DNA of 64,000 nt, taken from Nitrospinales bacterium. Its GTDB lineage: Bacteria; Nitrospinota; Nitrospinia; Nitrospinales; VA-1. Positions 32,460 through 43,447 of the stretch are shown here, in pieces. Position 1 is the first letter of the stretch. Each line of letters starts with the position of its first letter. The stretch spans positions 704,001 to 768,000 of the forward strand of contig OZ253496.1 of the NCBI GenBank assembly GCA_965262115.1, in the 5' to 3' direction. The translations under genes were made by a program, and so were the position numbers. The notes under the pieces were generated by a model that saw nothing but the letters and a program-made list of their open reading frames with translations, was not told the DNA's origin and made no database searches.

Positions 32460-32670
32460 AAGGGGAATTTGTAGTAGTTGTACCTGTGAGCCCTGTGGGA
32501 AGCCGGTTTTGTGTTTTCCACAAGGCTCACAGGGTTTGATTCAGGGCACAATAGATCGTTTACCCCTTGGGCTTTTAAGCCCGTCCCGAAGCGCAGATCG
32601 TTGTGTCCTATTTTGATTAACCCGAACAGTTGCCTGGGCCACTGAGCCCGCATCGGCAAGGCTGGGAGAC
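32460..32670 (+). ncRNA. Predicted IS110 bridge RNA (5' hairpin, target-binding loop, donor-binding loop); ends approximate
   Basis: Hairpin CCTGTGAGCC...GGCTCACAGG. Stem GGGCACAA...TTGTGTCC encloses TTTACCCCT (32559-67) and CCCGAAG (32585-91). A third loop carries ACAGTTGC (32626-33) and CAAG (32657-60). Confidence 0.8.
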
Positions 32671-32676
32671 CAAATT

Positions 32677-33627
32677 ATGAATCAGAAACCCCATTTTATT
32701 GGCATCGATATTTCTAAACTCCATCTGGATGTTGCTGACAGCATGACTCAAGAAACCTGGCAAACCGCTAACAATGAGGAAGGGATTGCTGGTTTGGTCG
32801 AGAGTTTATCCGCCTTAAATCCTCCATTGATCGTTTTGGAAGCCACAGGCGGCTTAGAGATCCCGTTGGCTTCGGCCCTGGTTGCGGGTCGACTGCCAGT
32901 AGCCGTGGTCAACCCACGGCAAGTTCGTGATTTTGCCAAAGCCACCGGGAAACTGGCAAAAACCGATGTCATTGATTCTCTTGTGCTGGCCCATTTTGCC
33001 AGGGCCGTACGTCCTGAGGTCAGGAAAATCAAAGACGAAGAATCTCTTGAACTCTCAGCTCTAGTGACACGCCGTCGCCAGTTGATCGAGATGCTGACCA
33101 AAGAAAAAACCCGTCTAAAACAAGCTCCAAAATGGATATGTAAAGACATTAAGGAGCATATCGAATCTCTTAAAAAACGCTTGCGAAAAATCGATGGCGA
33201 CCTTTCCAGAACCATCAAAAACAGTTCTGCCTGGCGTGAGCACGACCAGATTATACAAAGTGTTCCCGGTGCCGGTCCCGTTCTGGCTGTCAACCTCTTG
33301 GCCGGGGTTTCGGAACTTGGAGTTCTTAATCAGAAGCAAATCGCCGCCCTCATCGGTCTCGCTCCCCTCAATCGGGACAGCGGAAAGTTCCGGGGCCGCC
33401 GGTGTATCTGGGGCGGTCGCGCCAATGTGCGTGCCGCTTTATACATGGCCGCCGTCACTGCCATGCAGCATAATCCCGTGATTCGTACCTTTTACACACG
33501 CCTCATCGAAAAGGGCAAACCCTTTAAAGTTGCCATTACCGCATGCATGAGAAAGTTATTAACGATCATCAATACCATGATCAAAACAAAAACACTCTGG
33601 AATGAAAATCTCATTGCCAGCACTTGA
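32677..33627 (+). CDS. IS110-family recombinase/transposase, 316 aa
   Basis: RuvC-like DEDD residues (GIDISK, LEATGG, KTDVID); C-terminal domain with GLAP..RDSGK serine loop and ACMRKLL. Confidence 0.95.
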   Translation: MNQKPHFIGIDISKLHLDVADSMTQETWQTANNEEGIAGLVESLSALNPPLIVLEATGGLEIPLASALVAGRLPVAVVNPRQVRDFAKATGKLAKTDVIDSLVLAHFARAVRPEVRKIKDEESLELSALVTRRRQLIEMLTKEKTRLKQAPKWICKDIKEHIESLKKRLRKIDGDLSRTIKNSSAWREHDQIIQSVPGAGPVLAVNLLAGVSELGVLNQKQIAALIGLAPLNRDSGKFRGRRCIWGGRANVRAALYMAAVTAMQHNPVIRTFYTRLIEKGKPFKVAITACMRKLLTIINTMIKTKTLWNENLIAST

Positions 33628-33718
33628 CATTTAACACAGTTGCTTCGGGGCATGAAGTACCCGTGCCGGGCATAAAGATTAATGAAGAGGCCATCACATC
33701 TGAGGAAGAATATCACGG

Positions 33719-35914
33719 CTATTTGCCACCCCCGCCAGGGGGTTTCTGGATGCCGATTTGCTGAAAGATATTCCCCATCACACCCATGAAGTTGGCCTGC
33801 TCCTGCTCCAGTATCTGGGCGTTCTTTTTTTCCTGATTAAAAATATTCAGGCGAATCTCCTGCGGCCTTTCCAAAAGTTTGTTCAGGGCCGTGCCGGTTT
33901 GCACCGGGGCGTGGCAGGTGGTGTTCTGGCAAAGATAAACAGTCGGCTCGCCCTTTTCTGCGACCTTGCCTGCAGCAAGCGGCAACAAGTCGCCAGTCGT
34001 TTCGCTTTCATTCCACAGGACAACTTTATTGGGACGGTAATCGGTGTGCAGGACTTTCAACATTTCATCGAAGGATGCATGATCCCGAGATCCGGCAAAG
34101 ACAACCTCTGTCGGCGGAAGATCCGATGCGCTCATTGCCGATAACAGCCCAGTAAAACCTGCCGGACTTCTCTCCATCATGGCGCGAAAAGCATTTAAAG
34201 TTTCTTCTGTTTTACGGATATAAGATTCCTCGCCTGTGAGCCGCCCCAGTTTCAACAGAGCCTGGGCCGCCACCGCGTTAGCAGATGGCAGTGCCTCATC
34301 GGCAGGATTTTTTAACGGGGAAATCAGGGATTCCCCTGAACGACCGGCGAGAAAGAACCCGCCCTCCCCTTCATCCCAGAACTCTGCAATCATGGCGTCT
34401 GCCAGTTCCCGCGCTCGCACGACCCACCGGCTGTCGAGCCCCGCCTCGTAAATAGCGATCAGTCCTTCAAGAAAATAGGCGTAGTCATCAAGACAACCGT
34501 TGATCTTACTTTGGCCATCTTTATAAACGCGCAACAATTTTCCAGCCTGCCATTGTTTGGACCAGATAAACTCGGCGCAACGAGAAGCCGATTCCAGATA
34601 ACTCGAATCGCCCAGCACCGAAGAGCCATGCGCGAGAGCCGTGATCATGAGTCCATTCCAAGCGGTGATAATTTTTTCATCGCGTTCCGGTTTCGGTCTT
34701 TTCTCACGTGCTTGAAAAAGGGTTTCCTTTGCCTTTTTCAAAATATGGTCCGCCTCAAAAATGGGGATGCTTTCGGCTTCGGCCAATTGTTCAACCCGCT
34801 CGCTGATATGCAGGACATTACGTCCATCAAGATGCCCACGGGGAACTAAGCCATAAGCCCGGGCAAAAACCTTGGCGTGTTTGGGTCCCAACAGGTTCAG
34901 GACCTCTTTCAATTCCCAGGTGTACCAAGTGCCTTCCTTACCTTCCGAATCTGCGTCTTGGCTGGCGTAAAAGGCACCCTCATCCGACAACATTTCACGC
35001 AAAAGCCAGCCAAACGTTTCTCTTGCGGTGACCTGATAAATGTCCTGCTTGGTGGCCTGAAATATATCAAGAAAAAGTTTTGCCAACAGCCCATTGTCGT
35101 AAAGCATTTTTTCAAAATGGGGAACCCGCCACTTACGGTCGGTCGAATAACGGTGAAAACCGCCGCCCAACTGGTCGAACAATCCTCCTTCCGCCATGGC
35201 CGTCAAGCTCTTGTCGAGAATATTGAGGGCGTCACCTGTCTGGGCCCAATGCCGCAACAAAAGGGTGTAGTGCGTGGGCTCCGGAAATTTCATGCCCGAG
35301 CCAAACCCGCCATGATCCTCATCAAAACGGTCCAACAAAATGTCCACAGCTCCTCGAATCATCTCATCGTTGGGAACTCCCTGCGCCTTGCCAGCCCGGT
35401 TCTGTTGGGAAATCTTTTGCAGGATATTTTGTGACCGGGTTTCAAGTTGGTCTTTATCGCCGGTGAACAAGTCGTGCGCTTGTTGCAGGACTTCGGCAAA
35501 CCCGGGGCGGTTATATTTAGCGAAGGGAGGGTAATAGGTTCCGCCCAAATAGGGTTTCTGATCGGCAGTGAGAAACATGCTGAGCGGCCAGCCACCGTGA
35601 CCGGTCAGTTCAACCAGAGCTTTCATGTATAAAGCATCCACATCTGGTCGCTCTTCTCGATCCACCTTGATGCTGATAAACTTCTCATTCATGATTTTCG
35701 CGATATCTTCATTTTCAAAAGATTCATGGGCCATGACATGGCACCAGTGGCAGGCGGAGTACCCAATACTGAGGAAGATGGGTTTATTTTCTGCCTTGGC
35801 TTTGTCCAAGGCTTCCGGCCCCCAGGGGTACCATTCAACTGGATTGCTGGCGTGCTGTAGTAAATAGGGACTGGTTTCGTTTTTTAAACTATTGAAAATT
35901 TCTGAATCGGCCAC
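33719..35914 (-). CDS. YyaL/SPATA20-like thioredoxin-domain protein
   Basis: [28 protein letters not shown] and [10 protein letters not shown] motifs. Confidence 0.92.
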   Translation of the reverse strand: MADSEIFNSLKNETSPYLLQHASNPVEWYPWGPEALDKAKAENKPIFLSIGYSACHWCHVMAHESFENEDIAKIMNEKFISIKVDREERPDVDALYMKALVELTGHGGWPLSMFLTADQKPYLGGTYYPPFAKYNRPGFAEVLQQAHDLFTGDKDQLETRSQNILQKISQQNRAGKAQGVPNDEMIRGAVDILLDRFDEDHGGFGSGMKFPEPTHYTLLLRHWAQTGDALNILDKSLTAMAEGGLFDQLGGGFHRYSTDRKWRVPHFEKMLYDNGLLAKLFLDIFQATKQDIYQVTARETFGWLLREMLSDEGAFYASQDADSEGKEGTWYTWELKEVLNLLGPKHAKVFARAYGLVPRGHLDGRNVLHISERVEQLAEAESIPIFEADHILKKAKETLFQAREKRPKPERDEKIITAWNGLMITALAHGSSVLGDSSYLESASRCAEFIWSKQWQAGKLLRVYKDGQSKINGCLDDYAYFLEGLIAIYEAGLDSRWVVRARELADAMIAEFWDEGEGGFFLAGRSGESLISPLKNPADEALPSANAVAAQALLKLGRLTGEESYIRKTEETLNAFRAMMERSPAGFTGLLSAMSASDLPPTEVVFAGSRDHASFDEMLKVLHTDYRPNKVVLWNESETTGDLLPLAAGKVAEKGEPTVYLCQNTTCHAPVQTGTALNKLLERPQEIRLNIFNQEKKNAQILEQEQANFMGVMGNIFQQIGIQKPPGGGGK

Positions 35915-35933
35915 AGCAAAAACACCTTTCTAA

Positions 35934-36034
35934 TACCGGCGATGCCGCCGGGGGCAGTGAGCAATTGGTTTATATAACTGGAAAGAGTAGTCTCGGCTTA
36001 ACGAGCCAAATAGCATTGCCTCCACGACTAGTGG
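35934..36034 (-). repeat. Repeat family A copy
   Basis: Reverse complement reads CCACTAGTCGTGGAGGC...AGCCGAGACTACTCTTT...ATTGCTCACTGCCCCCGGCGGCATCGCCGGTA. Confidence 0.6.
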
Positions 36035-36099
36035 AAGGATACAAGAAAAGCAAGCAGGAACAAACGAGAAAACAGGAAAAATGATGGGGGAGGGGTCGT

Positions 36100-37017
36100 C
36101 TATTTTTTTACCAGTCCATGCCGGTACTGATGATAGAAGTCGCGAACACTTTCATATTCATCGAGAGCGCTGTCTTCTAACTGCTTTTTGTCATCAACGA
36201 TGAATGAAGCGTCGTTGACATTTTTCTCAGTAGCAATACCGACACTGGCTGCGGTGCTGGGAGCAAAGTAAAAGGTGGGACTCATGAAATAATCCGCTGC
36301 CCTTCCGACAATGTTTCGGGCTGTAGAAGGTCCGAAAAGCGGCAGGACGATATAGGGACCTGTGGGAATACCGTGGTAACCCATGGCTTGGTCAAAATCT
36401 TCATTAACATCATCAATTTTATATTCTTCGTCGGCCACATCGGCTATTCCGCCAATTCCGAATGTAGTGTTGATCAGGGTTCGCAAAATAACCCGGCCGA
36501 ACTTCTCAAAATCCAACTGAATCAAACTGCTGACAAGCTTGATGGGGGCCATGGCATTGGAAAAAACATTCTTAATACCTATCCGAAGGTTCTCATGCAC
36601 CGTGTCCCGGTAACCCCTGACCACCGGCTCCAAGACATTATCGTAAATAGTTTCATTTACGCCAAACATCCAGCGATTATAGCCTTCAAGAGGGTCTGTC
36701 AAGATAGGGATACCTTTTTCATTCCCTGCAAAAGGATCTTCCAGGTCTTCATAGACTTCCGGGTCCTGAGAGGACCATACAGTTCCCTGAGCAGTTTCAA
36801 CAGGTAATGAAGCACTCCGGAGAATACTCTTTTCAAGTTTTATGGTTACCTCTGAGGTTTGTACGAAAAAATCGTTGCCCACATCGGCAACAAAATTCGG
36901 CATTCGGGACTCATTAGCCGTGACCCCGGCCCATGAAAAAGAGGAAAACAGAGAAAACAAGAATAAGCCAGTGCACAGAAAGCTCCTTCCTGGTTTTATA
37001 AATTCCTTGACCCGCAT
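36100..37017 (-). CDS. mlaA: MlaA/VacJ family outer-membrane lipid-asymmetry protein
   Basis: DPLEGYNRWMF, INTTFGIGG, EDFDQ and GPYIVLPLFGPS motifs. Confidence 0.85.
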   Translation of the reverse strand: MRVKEFIKPGRSFLCTGLFLFSLFSSFSWAGVTANESRMPNFVADVGNDFFVQTSEVTIKLEKSILRSASLPVETAQGTVWSSQDPEVYEDLEDPFAGNEKGIPILTDPLEGYNRWMFGVNETIYDNVLEPVVRGYRDTVHENLRIGIKNVFSNAMAPIKLVSSLIQLDFEKFGRVILRTLINTTFGIGGIADVADEEYKIDDVNEDFDQAMGYHGIPTGPYIVLPLFGPSTARNIVGRAADYFMSPTFYFAPSTAASVGIATEKNVNDASFIVDDKKQLEDSALDEYESVRDFYHQYRHGLVKK

Positions 37018-37084
37018 ATCGTGTGAAACCTGAAATTGTGGGAACTTCTGTTTATAAAAATGGCAAGCCGCTACCTACTATTCA

Positions 37085-37251
37085 GAGACCTTTGCGTAAG
37101 TCGATAAAGCAGAAAAGCGAGATGCTTCGACATACCCCTCCGGGGCAAGAAGGTAAAGGTCGAGTATCACTAGCTCAGCATGACAATAAAAGGCTGTTTT
37201 GTCATTCTGAGGAACAACGTGACGAAGAATCTAAGGCTATGCAAAGCTCTC
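37085..37251. mobile_element. MITE-like element, copy 1 (167 bp)
   Basis: Ends GAGACCTTTGCGTAAG and GCTATGCAAAGCTCTC; flanked by TCA on both sides; homologous to 46325-46454 in inverse orientation. Confidence 0.65.
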
Positions 37252-37400
37252 TCACTAGCAACTCACACATTAAACGCCAACTCACAAAAATTCAACCCGT
37301 ATTTTCATAAGTTTGCAAATTTGACACAAATCCCATCATACAGGAAAATTTGCTTTCCCCGTGCCAATTATTGATTAGTCGGTCTAAAACTAGAAACATT

Positions 37401-38135
37401 TCAAGGTTTTTGAGCAGGTTCTGCAAAAACCCTGGATAATCGGTCTACAGAACTCTGTTGCAGGGAAACATTATCGGCACGAGCTTTATGGACTATTTCC
37501 CAAGCACGCTCATGGTTCTGTTGTTTGTATAAAACGTCAATCATGATTTCATAAGCCTGACTGTTAAACCGGTTCAACACCAAGCTCTCTTCCAGTTTGG
37601 CAACAGCTTCCTCCAACTTTTCCAAGGCACTCAGGGATGCCCCCCAGTAGGCATAAGCGTTACTGTGTTCAGGGTTGATCTCCAACACTATCCGGTAATG
37701 ACTAATGGCATCATCGAATTTTTTATCCATTGCCAGTGTCAGCCCCCAATACAGATGGGCCTTCTCATCGGTGGGATCCTTTTTTGCGGCAAGAATAAAA
37801 TGGTCGATAGCTTCCGCCCTCTTATCCAGCTTAACCAGGGAAATCCCCCACCAAGTCTGTATTTTGGCATGATCTGGATTTCTTTCGCCGGCTTTTCGAG
37901 CTATTTCCACAGCTTCCTGGTATTTACCCAGTGCGTTCAGCTCACGAACTAATTTGATCGGATCTATTTGAATCGTTTTCTTATCTATTTCCTTTCGTTT
38001 TTCAACCGCTACCCGGGATGCTGATTCTGCCTGATCGCGGGCTTCATCCATCTCGCCTTTGGCGGCAAGCACCAAAAAGCCACCAACAATGGTGACAATA
38101 CAAAAGTACCACAGAGCTTTAATTTTTCCGGGCAT
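37401..38135 (-). CDS. Membrane-anchored TPR protein
   Basis: N-terminal TM segment; repeated AHLYWG/AYAYWG TPR units. Confidence 0.8.
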   Translation of the reverse strand: MPGKIKALWYFCIVTIVGGFLVLAAKGEMDEARDQAESASRVAVEKRKEIDKKTIQIDPIKLVRELNALGKYQEAVEIARKAGERNPDHAKIQTWWGISLVKLDKRAEAIDHFILAAKKDPTDEKAHLYWGLTLAMDKKFDDAISHYRIVLEINPEHSNAYAYWGASLSALEKLEEAVAKLEESLVLNRFNSQAYEIMIDVLYKQQNHERAWEIVHKARADNVSLQQSSVDRLSRVFAEPAQKP

Positions 38136-38223
38136 TGGCCTTCAATTCTGGTTACTGGGAAATTTTTCCGGCAGGGTCGTGGACCAAGAGGATAATTCGA
38201 CCCCGAGTATACCAGTTTTCCGT

Positions 38224-41200
38224 TTAAAGTTTATTTAATATTTTTTCCGCACCAGGCTGAAGGTTCTCATAACCCGGCCGCAATGGAGCCAGCTTCAAAA
38301 ACGTCTGTAAATGCTGTTTGGCCAATCTGGGATTCCAGCCTTGATACTGGACTCCCAGATAATAATGCGCCGGTGGAAAAGTCGGATCCCATTCTAATGA
38401 TTTTTTAAACTCTTGAATGGCCCTTTTAGGTTCCTTTTTAAAAGCATACGCCAACCCAAGATACAGGCTGACTTCCTGATCCCCCCCATACCACGTTAAC
38501 GTATCTCGCAAAACCTCGACAGCTTTGTCGGGTTGCCCGGAAAATATATGGAGTCGGGCCAGACCGGTCGAGCCAAACACATAAAATGGATTGATCTCAA
38601 GTGTTCTCCGATAGGCAGACTCGGCCTGATCCATCAACTTGAGTTCAAGAAAAATATTCGCCATATTGTAATGGGTCATCACATGTTCGGGATACGATTC
38701 CAGAATCTTCTGGTAGCTTTTAAGAGCACCACTGATGTCGCCAACATTGAACGCCTCCATAGCCTGGTCCAAAAGCCTCTCCAGCCAGGCCTTCTTCTTG
38801 ATATCTTCAATCTGGCTCTCAGACCTTTCGAGTTTTACAAGCTTTTTCACCACCTCTTTCCGAACACCAGCATCGGTTCCAGAAAATGTCACAAACTCCG
38901 GCTCTAGTTTTATAAAGGGGGTCAACTGCCTGACCAAAACCGCCCACTCATCTTTATATACATATTTTGGAGCGTTGAACTCGAGCAGGGAATTATCGTC
39001 GGTATGCAAGGGCGCCGAGGCACTGAACTCCAGCAATTTTTCCCGCGACATAATCATCAGGCTCAAAAGGTCCGGGACATTATTGATCCCGATCCGGCGC
39101 AAATCGCGTCCCACGACTTCGTTCGACAAATATTGACGGGTTTTTTCATAAGACAGGCCGTATTCCTTTTCAGACCCAATCAGCAGGTAATCGTCCCCGG
39201 CTATGGACTCCCACATACTCACAAAAGGAAATTCTTCGCTGAAGGACCGGATAATGGATTTAAAACTATCAGGTGACATATTGGTATGAACCCAGATGCA
39301 GGCCACCCCGCCCGGATTCAACCGCTTCTTCAGCAATTCGAAAAAGTTCACGGTGAATAAAGCTCCCACTCCCGAAATCCAGGGATTGGAAGGTTCAGAG
39401 ATAATCACGTCATAAGTATCACCTGACAGGGCTATATGATTGCGACCATCCTCGAGCTTCAGAACCACTCTCTTATCATCCAAAGCGTGATGATTGAAGG
39501 GATCAAAAAAGCGCGAACCCTCAATGACCGAAGGGGAAATTTCGACAAGCTTGATCTCTTTAACGGGAAACTGCTCCACCGCCCCCAAGGTAATCCCGCT
39601 ACCCTGCCCAATCACCAGAGCCGATTGGGGGTCGGGATGGAACAGCATGGGAAGATAGCCCGAAAGCAATTGCGTTCTCATATCAAGAGCCAGAGAGGCA
39701 TCGATCTTTCCATTCACACGCAGGAAAATATTCCCGGATACGGAGAGCTCGGTGGTCACCGTGGTATGCATCCCTTCTTTAAAGAAGAGGATTTTATTTT
39801 TCTTCAACTCGGCTTCTTTAAGGTCCGCAATTCGGTAAGGCATAAAGGAGCCACTGGAAATAACAGATTTGTCCCAGGGGTTGATCGATTGTGCTGCCAA
39901 TATGGAAAACATCAAAACTGCAGGCAGGGCATAGATCTTCACGCTAAAGCTGAATCGGGCCCCAAAGGCAAGTATCGCTATTCCCAGCAGAACATTCAGA
40001 AACACCCCGCTTAGGAGTGTGGTCTGTAGCCCCAACCCCGGTATCAAAATGAACCCTGCTACGAAGGACCCGACAATCGCACCGATTGTGTTGCAGGCAT
40101 AGGCCCGGCCGACATGGCGACCCAGGGTTTCCAGCTTTCGCGTCATCAGTTTGATGACCAGAGGAAACTGGGCTCCCATAAAAAAGGTCGGAACAAAAAT
40201 TAAGGCAAAAATGATCCCGAAATTTGCCAGTTGAACAGAATCAAACTGCAACCCCCAGTTTTCATAAATCCAACGATTGGCAAAAGGGATATGACCAAAC
40301 AACGGGATAATTGAAAGTGAAAATATTCCAATTATTATTTGAGTTATGCCATATATCCTAATGTTATCGCTAAACACAGAAAGGAGTCGGGAAAAGGTCG
40401 CCGTCCCCAAAGCCAGTCCCAATATAAAGACAGTCAGGATCAAGCTGAAGGCATAAACGGAGGAACCCAGCAAAAGCGACAAAATTCGGTTCCAGGCGAC
40501 CTGATAAACCAGAGCCACCATGCCCGAAAGCCCGAAACTCAAGAGAATTAATTTTTCCCTTTTATCCAAAGGCGGGAGAGAGTGCTGCGGTTCCTTGTGG
40601 TCTTTTTCTCTTAGCGGGGGTCGAAAGACCAGAAAAATAACAGCAGATATGGAGAGGTTCAACAGGGCCGCCATCCAGATGGTAGACTGGACCCCCCAAA
40701 GCCGCATGAAAATAAACGCCGAGGCCCAGGCTCCAAAAACCGCACCAAAGGTATTTATGGAATACAAGGTGCCCACATCTTTTCCGATAAGGGCCTCATC
40801 CTTTGAAACAAATTTGCTGAGCACCGGCAGGGTCGCGCCCATGAACGTGGCGGGAATGATTAAAATGGCGACACAAACCAGAAAGCGGGCCAGGCTGGCC
40901 TGGGTATAAGAATCTCCCAAATTGAGATAGATCCATTTGAAGACCGGAAAAGCCACATCAATCAGGCTGGGAATGAGAAGACAATACAAACCGATTCCCG
41001 CTTCCAGAAAGGCATAAGCGGTTAAGGGATTGAACCTCCTGTCAATCATTTTGCCCCCGGCATAACTACCCAGGGCCAGCCCCCCCATGAACGCGGTCAA
41101 GACAGTGGAAATGGAATAGTGAGTGTTGCCCATTACCAGAGTGAGCAAACGCGTCCACACCACTTCATAAATCAGACCGGTCGCGCCGGAAACGAAGAAA

Positions 41201-41292
41201 AACAGAAAAATCCAGATTCGGGGCGGAGTGCCTCCGCTGGCCAGCGTGACGCTGGACCCAAAGTGCAATATCTTTTTACCGCTAGCCCACAT
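38224..41292 (-). CDS. Fused MFS-like membrane/spermidine-synthase-like protein with C-terminal TPRs; start uncertain
   Basis: SGATGLIYEVVWTR, LYSINTFGA, LVIGQGSG, DGRNH, DVIISEPSNPW and TDD motifs. Confidence 0.85.
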   Translation of the reverse strand: MWASGKKILHFGSSVTLASGGTPPRIWIFLFFFVSGATGLIYEVVWTRLLTLVMGNTHYSISTVLTAFMGGLALGSYAGGKMIDRRFNPLTAYAFLEAGIGLYCLLIPSLIDVAFPVFKWIYLNLGDSYTQASLARFLVCVAILIIPATFMGATLPVLSKFVSKDEALIGKDVGTLYSINTFGAVFGAWASAFIFMRLWGVQSTIWMAALLNLSISAVIFLVFRPPLREKDHKEPQHSLPPLDKREKLILLSFGLSGMVALVYQVAWNRILSLLLGSSVYAFSLILTVFILGLALGTATFSRLLSVFSDNIRIYGITQIIIGIFSLSIIPLFGHIPFANRWIYENWGLQFDSVQLANFGIIFALIFVPTFFMGAQFPLVIKLMTRKLETLGRHVGRAYACNTIGAIVGSFVAGFILIPGLGLQTTLLSGVFLNVLLGIAILAFGARFSFSVKIYALPAVLMFSILAAQSINPWDKSVISSGSFMPYRIADLKEAELKKNKILFFKEGMHTTVTTELSVSGNIFLRVNGKIDASLALDMRTQLLSGYLPMLFHPDPQSALVIGQGSGITLGAVEQFPVKEIKLVEISPSVIEGSRFFDPFNHHALDDKRVVLKLEDGRNHIALSGDTYDVIISEPSNPWISGVGALFTVNFFELLKKRLNPGGVACIWVHTNMSPDSFKSIIRSFSEEFPFVSMWESIAGDDYLLIGSEKEYGLSYEKTRQYLSNEVVGRDLRRIGINNVPDLLSLMIMSREKLLEFSASAPLHTDDNSLLEFNAPKYVYKDEWAVLVRQLTPFIKLEPEFVTFSGTDAGVRKEVVKKLVKLERSESQIEDIKKKAWLERLLDQAMEAFNVGDISGALKSYQKILESYPEHVMTHYNMANIFLELKLMDQAESAYRRTLEINPFYVFGSTGLARLHIFSGQPDKAVEVLRDTLTWYGGDQEVSLYLGLAYAFKKEPKRAIQEFKKSLEWDPTFPPAHYYLGVQYQGWNPRLAKQHLQTFLKLAPLRPGYENLQPGAEKILNKL

Positions 41293-41441
41293 TTTGCATG
41301 AAAACTTGCTTGAAGGACAAGAGTCGAGGTGAAGGTGGTTTAAGGGTGCCTTGTAAACGCACAGAAATACTCATGCAATATCTTTTTATCGCTGGCAACG
41401 ATGCTCTCAGCTAAGTAGGCCATTGCTATCTGCTTCCCACG

Positions 41442-42332
41442 CTAGTGGGCTTTTGAACGGCCACAACGAAAACCCAGAATGCCATCCTTTCTTCCGGGGG
41501 AGGCAGCGAAACGTTTGGAGGTACGGATATCCACACTTCGGGCATCCCACGATCCGCCACGAAATACGCGGTTTTTTTTGTTTTCAGGGCCAGTGGGATT
41601 CATCATGGGTGCAGTTTTATAATAAAACTGGTCATAGAAATCATCGACCCACTCCGAAACGTTGCCCGCCATATCATAAATTCCATAAACGCTACGTCCC
41701 ATAGGATACTTTCCTACCGGACCCATATAGGAGTATCCATCACCAGTGCCAGCGAAGTTAGCGCGCTTGGGCAGGACTTTGTTGCCCCAGGGATATTTCA
41801 GTCCGTGAGTGCCTCGCGCCGCTTTTTCCCACTCCGCTTCCGTCAAAAGCCGCTTACTGGCCCAGGTGCAGTAGTTGACCGCATCGTGCCAGGAAACCCC
41901 GACGACCGCATGACTGGGAACCTTCATCACCTCACTGTCCCCTTGGAAAAACGGAACCGAAGGTTCCACATAATTAGCCAACTTGCGATACTTGTTGTAC
42001 GCCTCCACGCTCACCTCAAACTTATCCACATAAAAAGCATCGAGATAAATTTCCTGCATAGGTTTTTCGTCAAAGCCTCCGGAATCTGACCCGCGGGAGA
42101 AAATACCTTCCGGCACTAAAACCATTTCTCGTCCGTCCTCCCCAACAAGGGTTTCATAGATACTAAAATCCCGGTTGTCAGCCACTTCCACATCGTTGGC
42201 TTTTTTGGATATTTGTTGTACTCTTTCATCGTGGTCAATAGATTTTTTTATTTCCCAAACGATGACCCCCAAAAATATAACGGTGATCGCGAAACAACCT
42301 ATAATCGCAATCATTAGATTCTTGTCACGCAT
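41442..42332 (-). CDS. FGE-sulfatase (SUMF1/EgtB/PvdO) domain protein
   Basis: RLLTEAEWEKAARG, YDMAGNVSEW, RGGSW and GFRC motifs. Confidence 0.88.
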   Translation of the reverse strand: MRDKNLMIAIIGCFAITVIFLGVIVWEIKKSIDHDERVQQISKKANDVEVADNRDFSIYETLVGEDGREMVLVPEGIFSRGSDSGGFDEKPMQEIYLDAFYVDKFEVSVEAYNKYRKLANYVEPSVPFFQGDSEVMKVPSHAVVGVSWHDAVNYCTWASKRLLTEAEWEKAARGTHGLKYPWGNKVLPKRANFAGTGDGYSYMGPVGKYPMGRSVYGIYDMAGNVSEWVDDFYDQFYYKTAPMMNPTGPENKKNRVFRGGSWDARSVDIRTSKRFAASPGRKDGILGFRCGRSKAH

Positions 42333-42439
42333 GTTTTTTGATCCCGGGAATATAAAGCGATAAATTTTTCAAAGAGATGATTATAATTTAAACAGTGATT
42401 AAAGCAACGTTATTTTCCCTACCCTCTAGCGAGGGAGGC

Positions 42440-42560
42440 TGTGATATCCCCTTCCATAAATTTCATGCCCCGGAGGGGTAAATGGGCAAGGGCTCGTTTT
42501 GCCGAGACAACTCTTTGCTGGCCAGAAAGAGCAATTGCTCATTGGCCACACGCCGAGTGG
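42440..42560. repeat. Mosaic of repeat family B (42440-42483, minus) and family A (from ~42484, plus)
   Basis: Reverse complement ATTTACCCCTCCGGGGCATGAAATTTATGGAAGGGGATATCAC, followed by GCCGAGACAACTCTTTGCTGGCCAGAAAGAGCAATTGCTCATTGG. Confidence 0.6.
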
Positions 42561-42664
42561 GCCGAGAAAAATATTTGCCCGCATGATAAAGCTATTGCAA
42601 GTTACCTGCGGAGGTACTCCGCCCCTTACCCGGAAGTTTTCTTAGCCATAAGGTCGTTACAACC

Positions 42665-43447
42665 ATGAATTTACTGGAAGTTAAAGATGCGGCATTGTCT
42701 TTCATGAAACCCGCAAAGACAGAAGTTTTAAAGTGGTATCGTGGGCAGTTTTCCGTCGATCTGAAAGAGGATCGGAGTCCTGTTACCATCGCGGACCGCA
42801 AAGCCGAAGAGATTCTGCGTAAAAAAATTTCCCAGCACTTTCCCGAACACGGGATCATCGGCGAGGAGTTCGGCAGCGACAACTCGGATGCCGAATGGGT
42901 CTGGACCATTGACCCGATAGACGGAACCCGATCATTTGTGAGAGGACTACCCCTTTTCGCCTCAATGATCGCCCTCCTGCACAAGGGGGAACCGGTGCTC
43001 GGCATCATCGAACTACCGGCTCTGGGTGAAACCGCCTGGGCCGTAAAAGGAAAAGGCGCATTCGCAAATGGAAAACTTCTCAAGGTTTCTTCGCAACCTC
43101 GTCTGAAAGGAGCTTTTGTCGCAGTCGCCGACCATTATTGTTTTCGCAGTGAAAAATGCACCTTCCTTTACAACCGACTGAACCAGGAAGCCGGGATCGT
43201 GAGAACCTACCCGGATGCCTTTGGCCACTTAATGGCAATACGCGGTGTCGTGGATGTGATGGTCGACCCTCTCGCCAAAATATGGGACTACGCTCCCTGT
43301 AAAATACTGGTTCAGGAAGCCGGGGGCCGATTCGCAAATTTTTCTGGCAACAAAGCCAGCATTGAAGAAGGAACCGCCGTGGTGGGAAATTCTAAAATTG
43401 TCCAGCAGGTCAGAAAAATTTTCGCAGAGAAGCTCCGCAGAAAATAA
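42665..43447 (+). CDS. Inositol-monophosphatase-family protein, probably histidinol-phosphate phosphatase (HisN type)
   Basis: SPVTIADR, GEEFG, WTIDPIDGT and WDYA motifs. Confidence 0.8.
   Translation: MNLLEVKDAALSFMKPAKTEVLKWYRGQFSVDLKEDRSPVTIADRKAEEILRKKISQHFPEHGIIGEEFGSDNSDAEWVWTIDPIDGTRSFVRGLPLFASMIALLHKGEPVLGIIELPALGETAWAVKGKGAFANGKLLKVSSQPRLKGAFVAVADHYCFRSEKCTFLYNRLNQEAGIVRTYPDAFGHLMAIRGVVDVMVDPLAKIWDYAPCKILVQEAGGRFANFSGNKASIEEGTAVVGNSKIVQQVRKIFAEKLRRK

Larger units (their letters stand above)
32444..33644 (+). mobile_element. Complete IS110-family (IS621-like) element bounded by CT cores, no terminal inverted repeats
   Basis: CT at 32444-45 and 33643-44. Left end begins TGTATGTT; right end is TTGACATTTAACACAGTTG-CT. 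Removing the element restores repeat TTTACCCCTTCGGGGCATGAAG. Confidence 0.88.
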
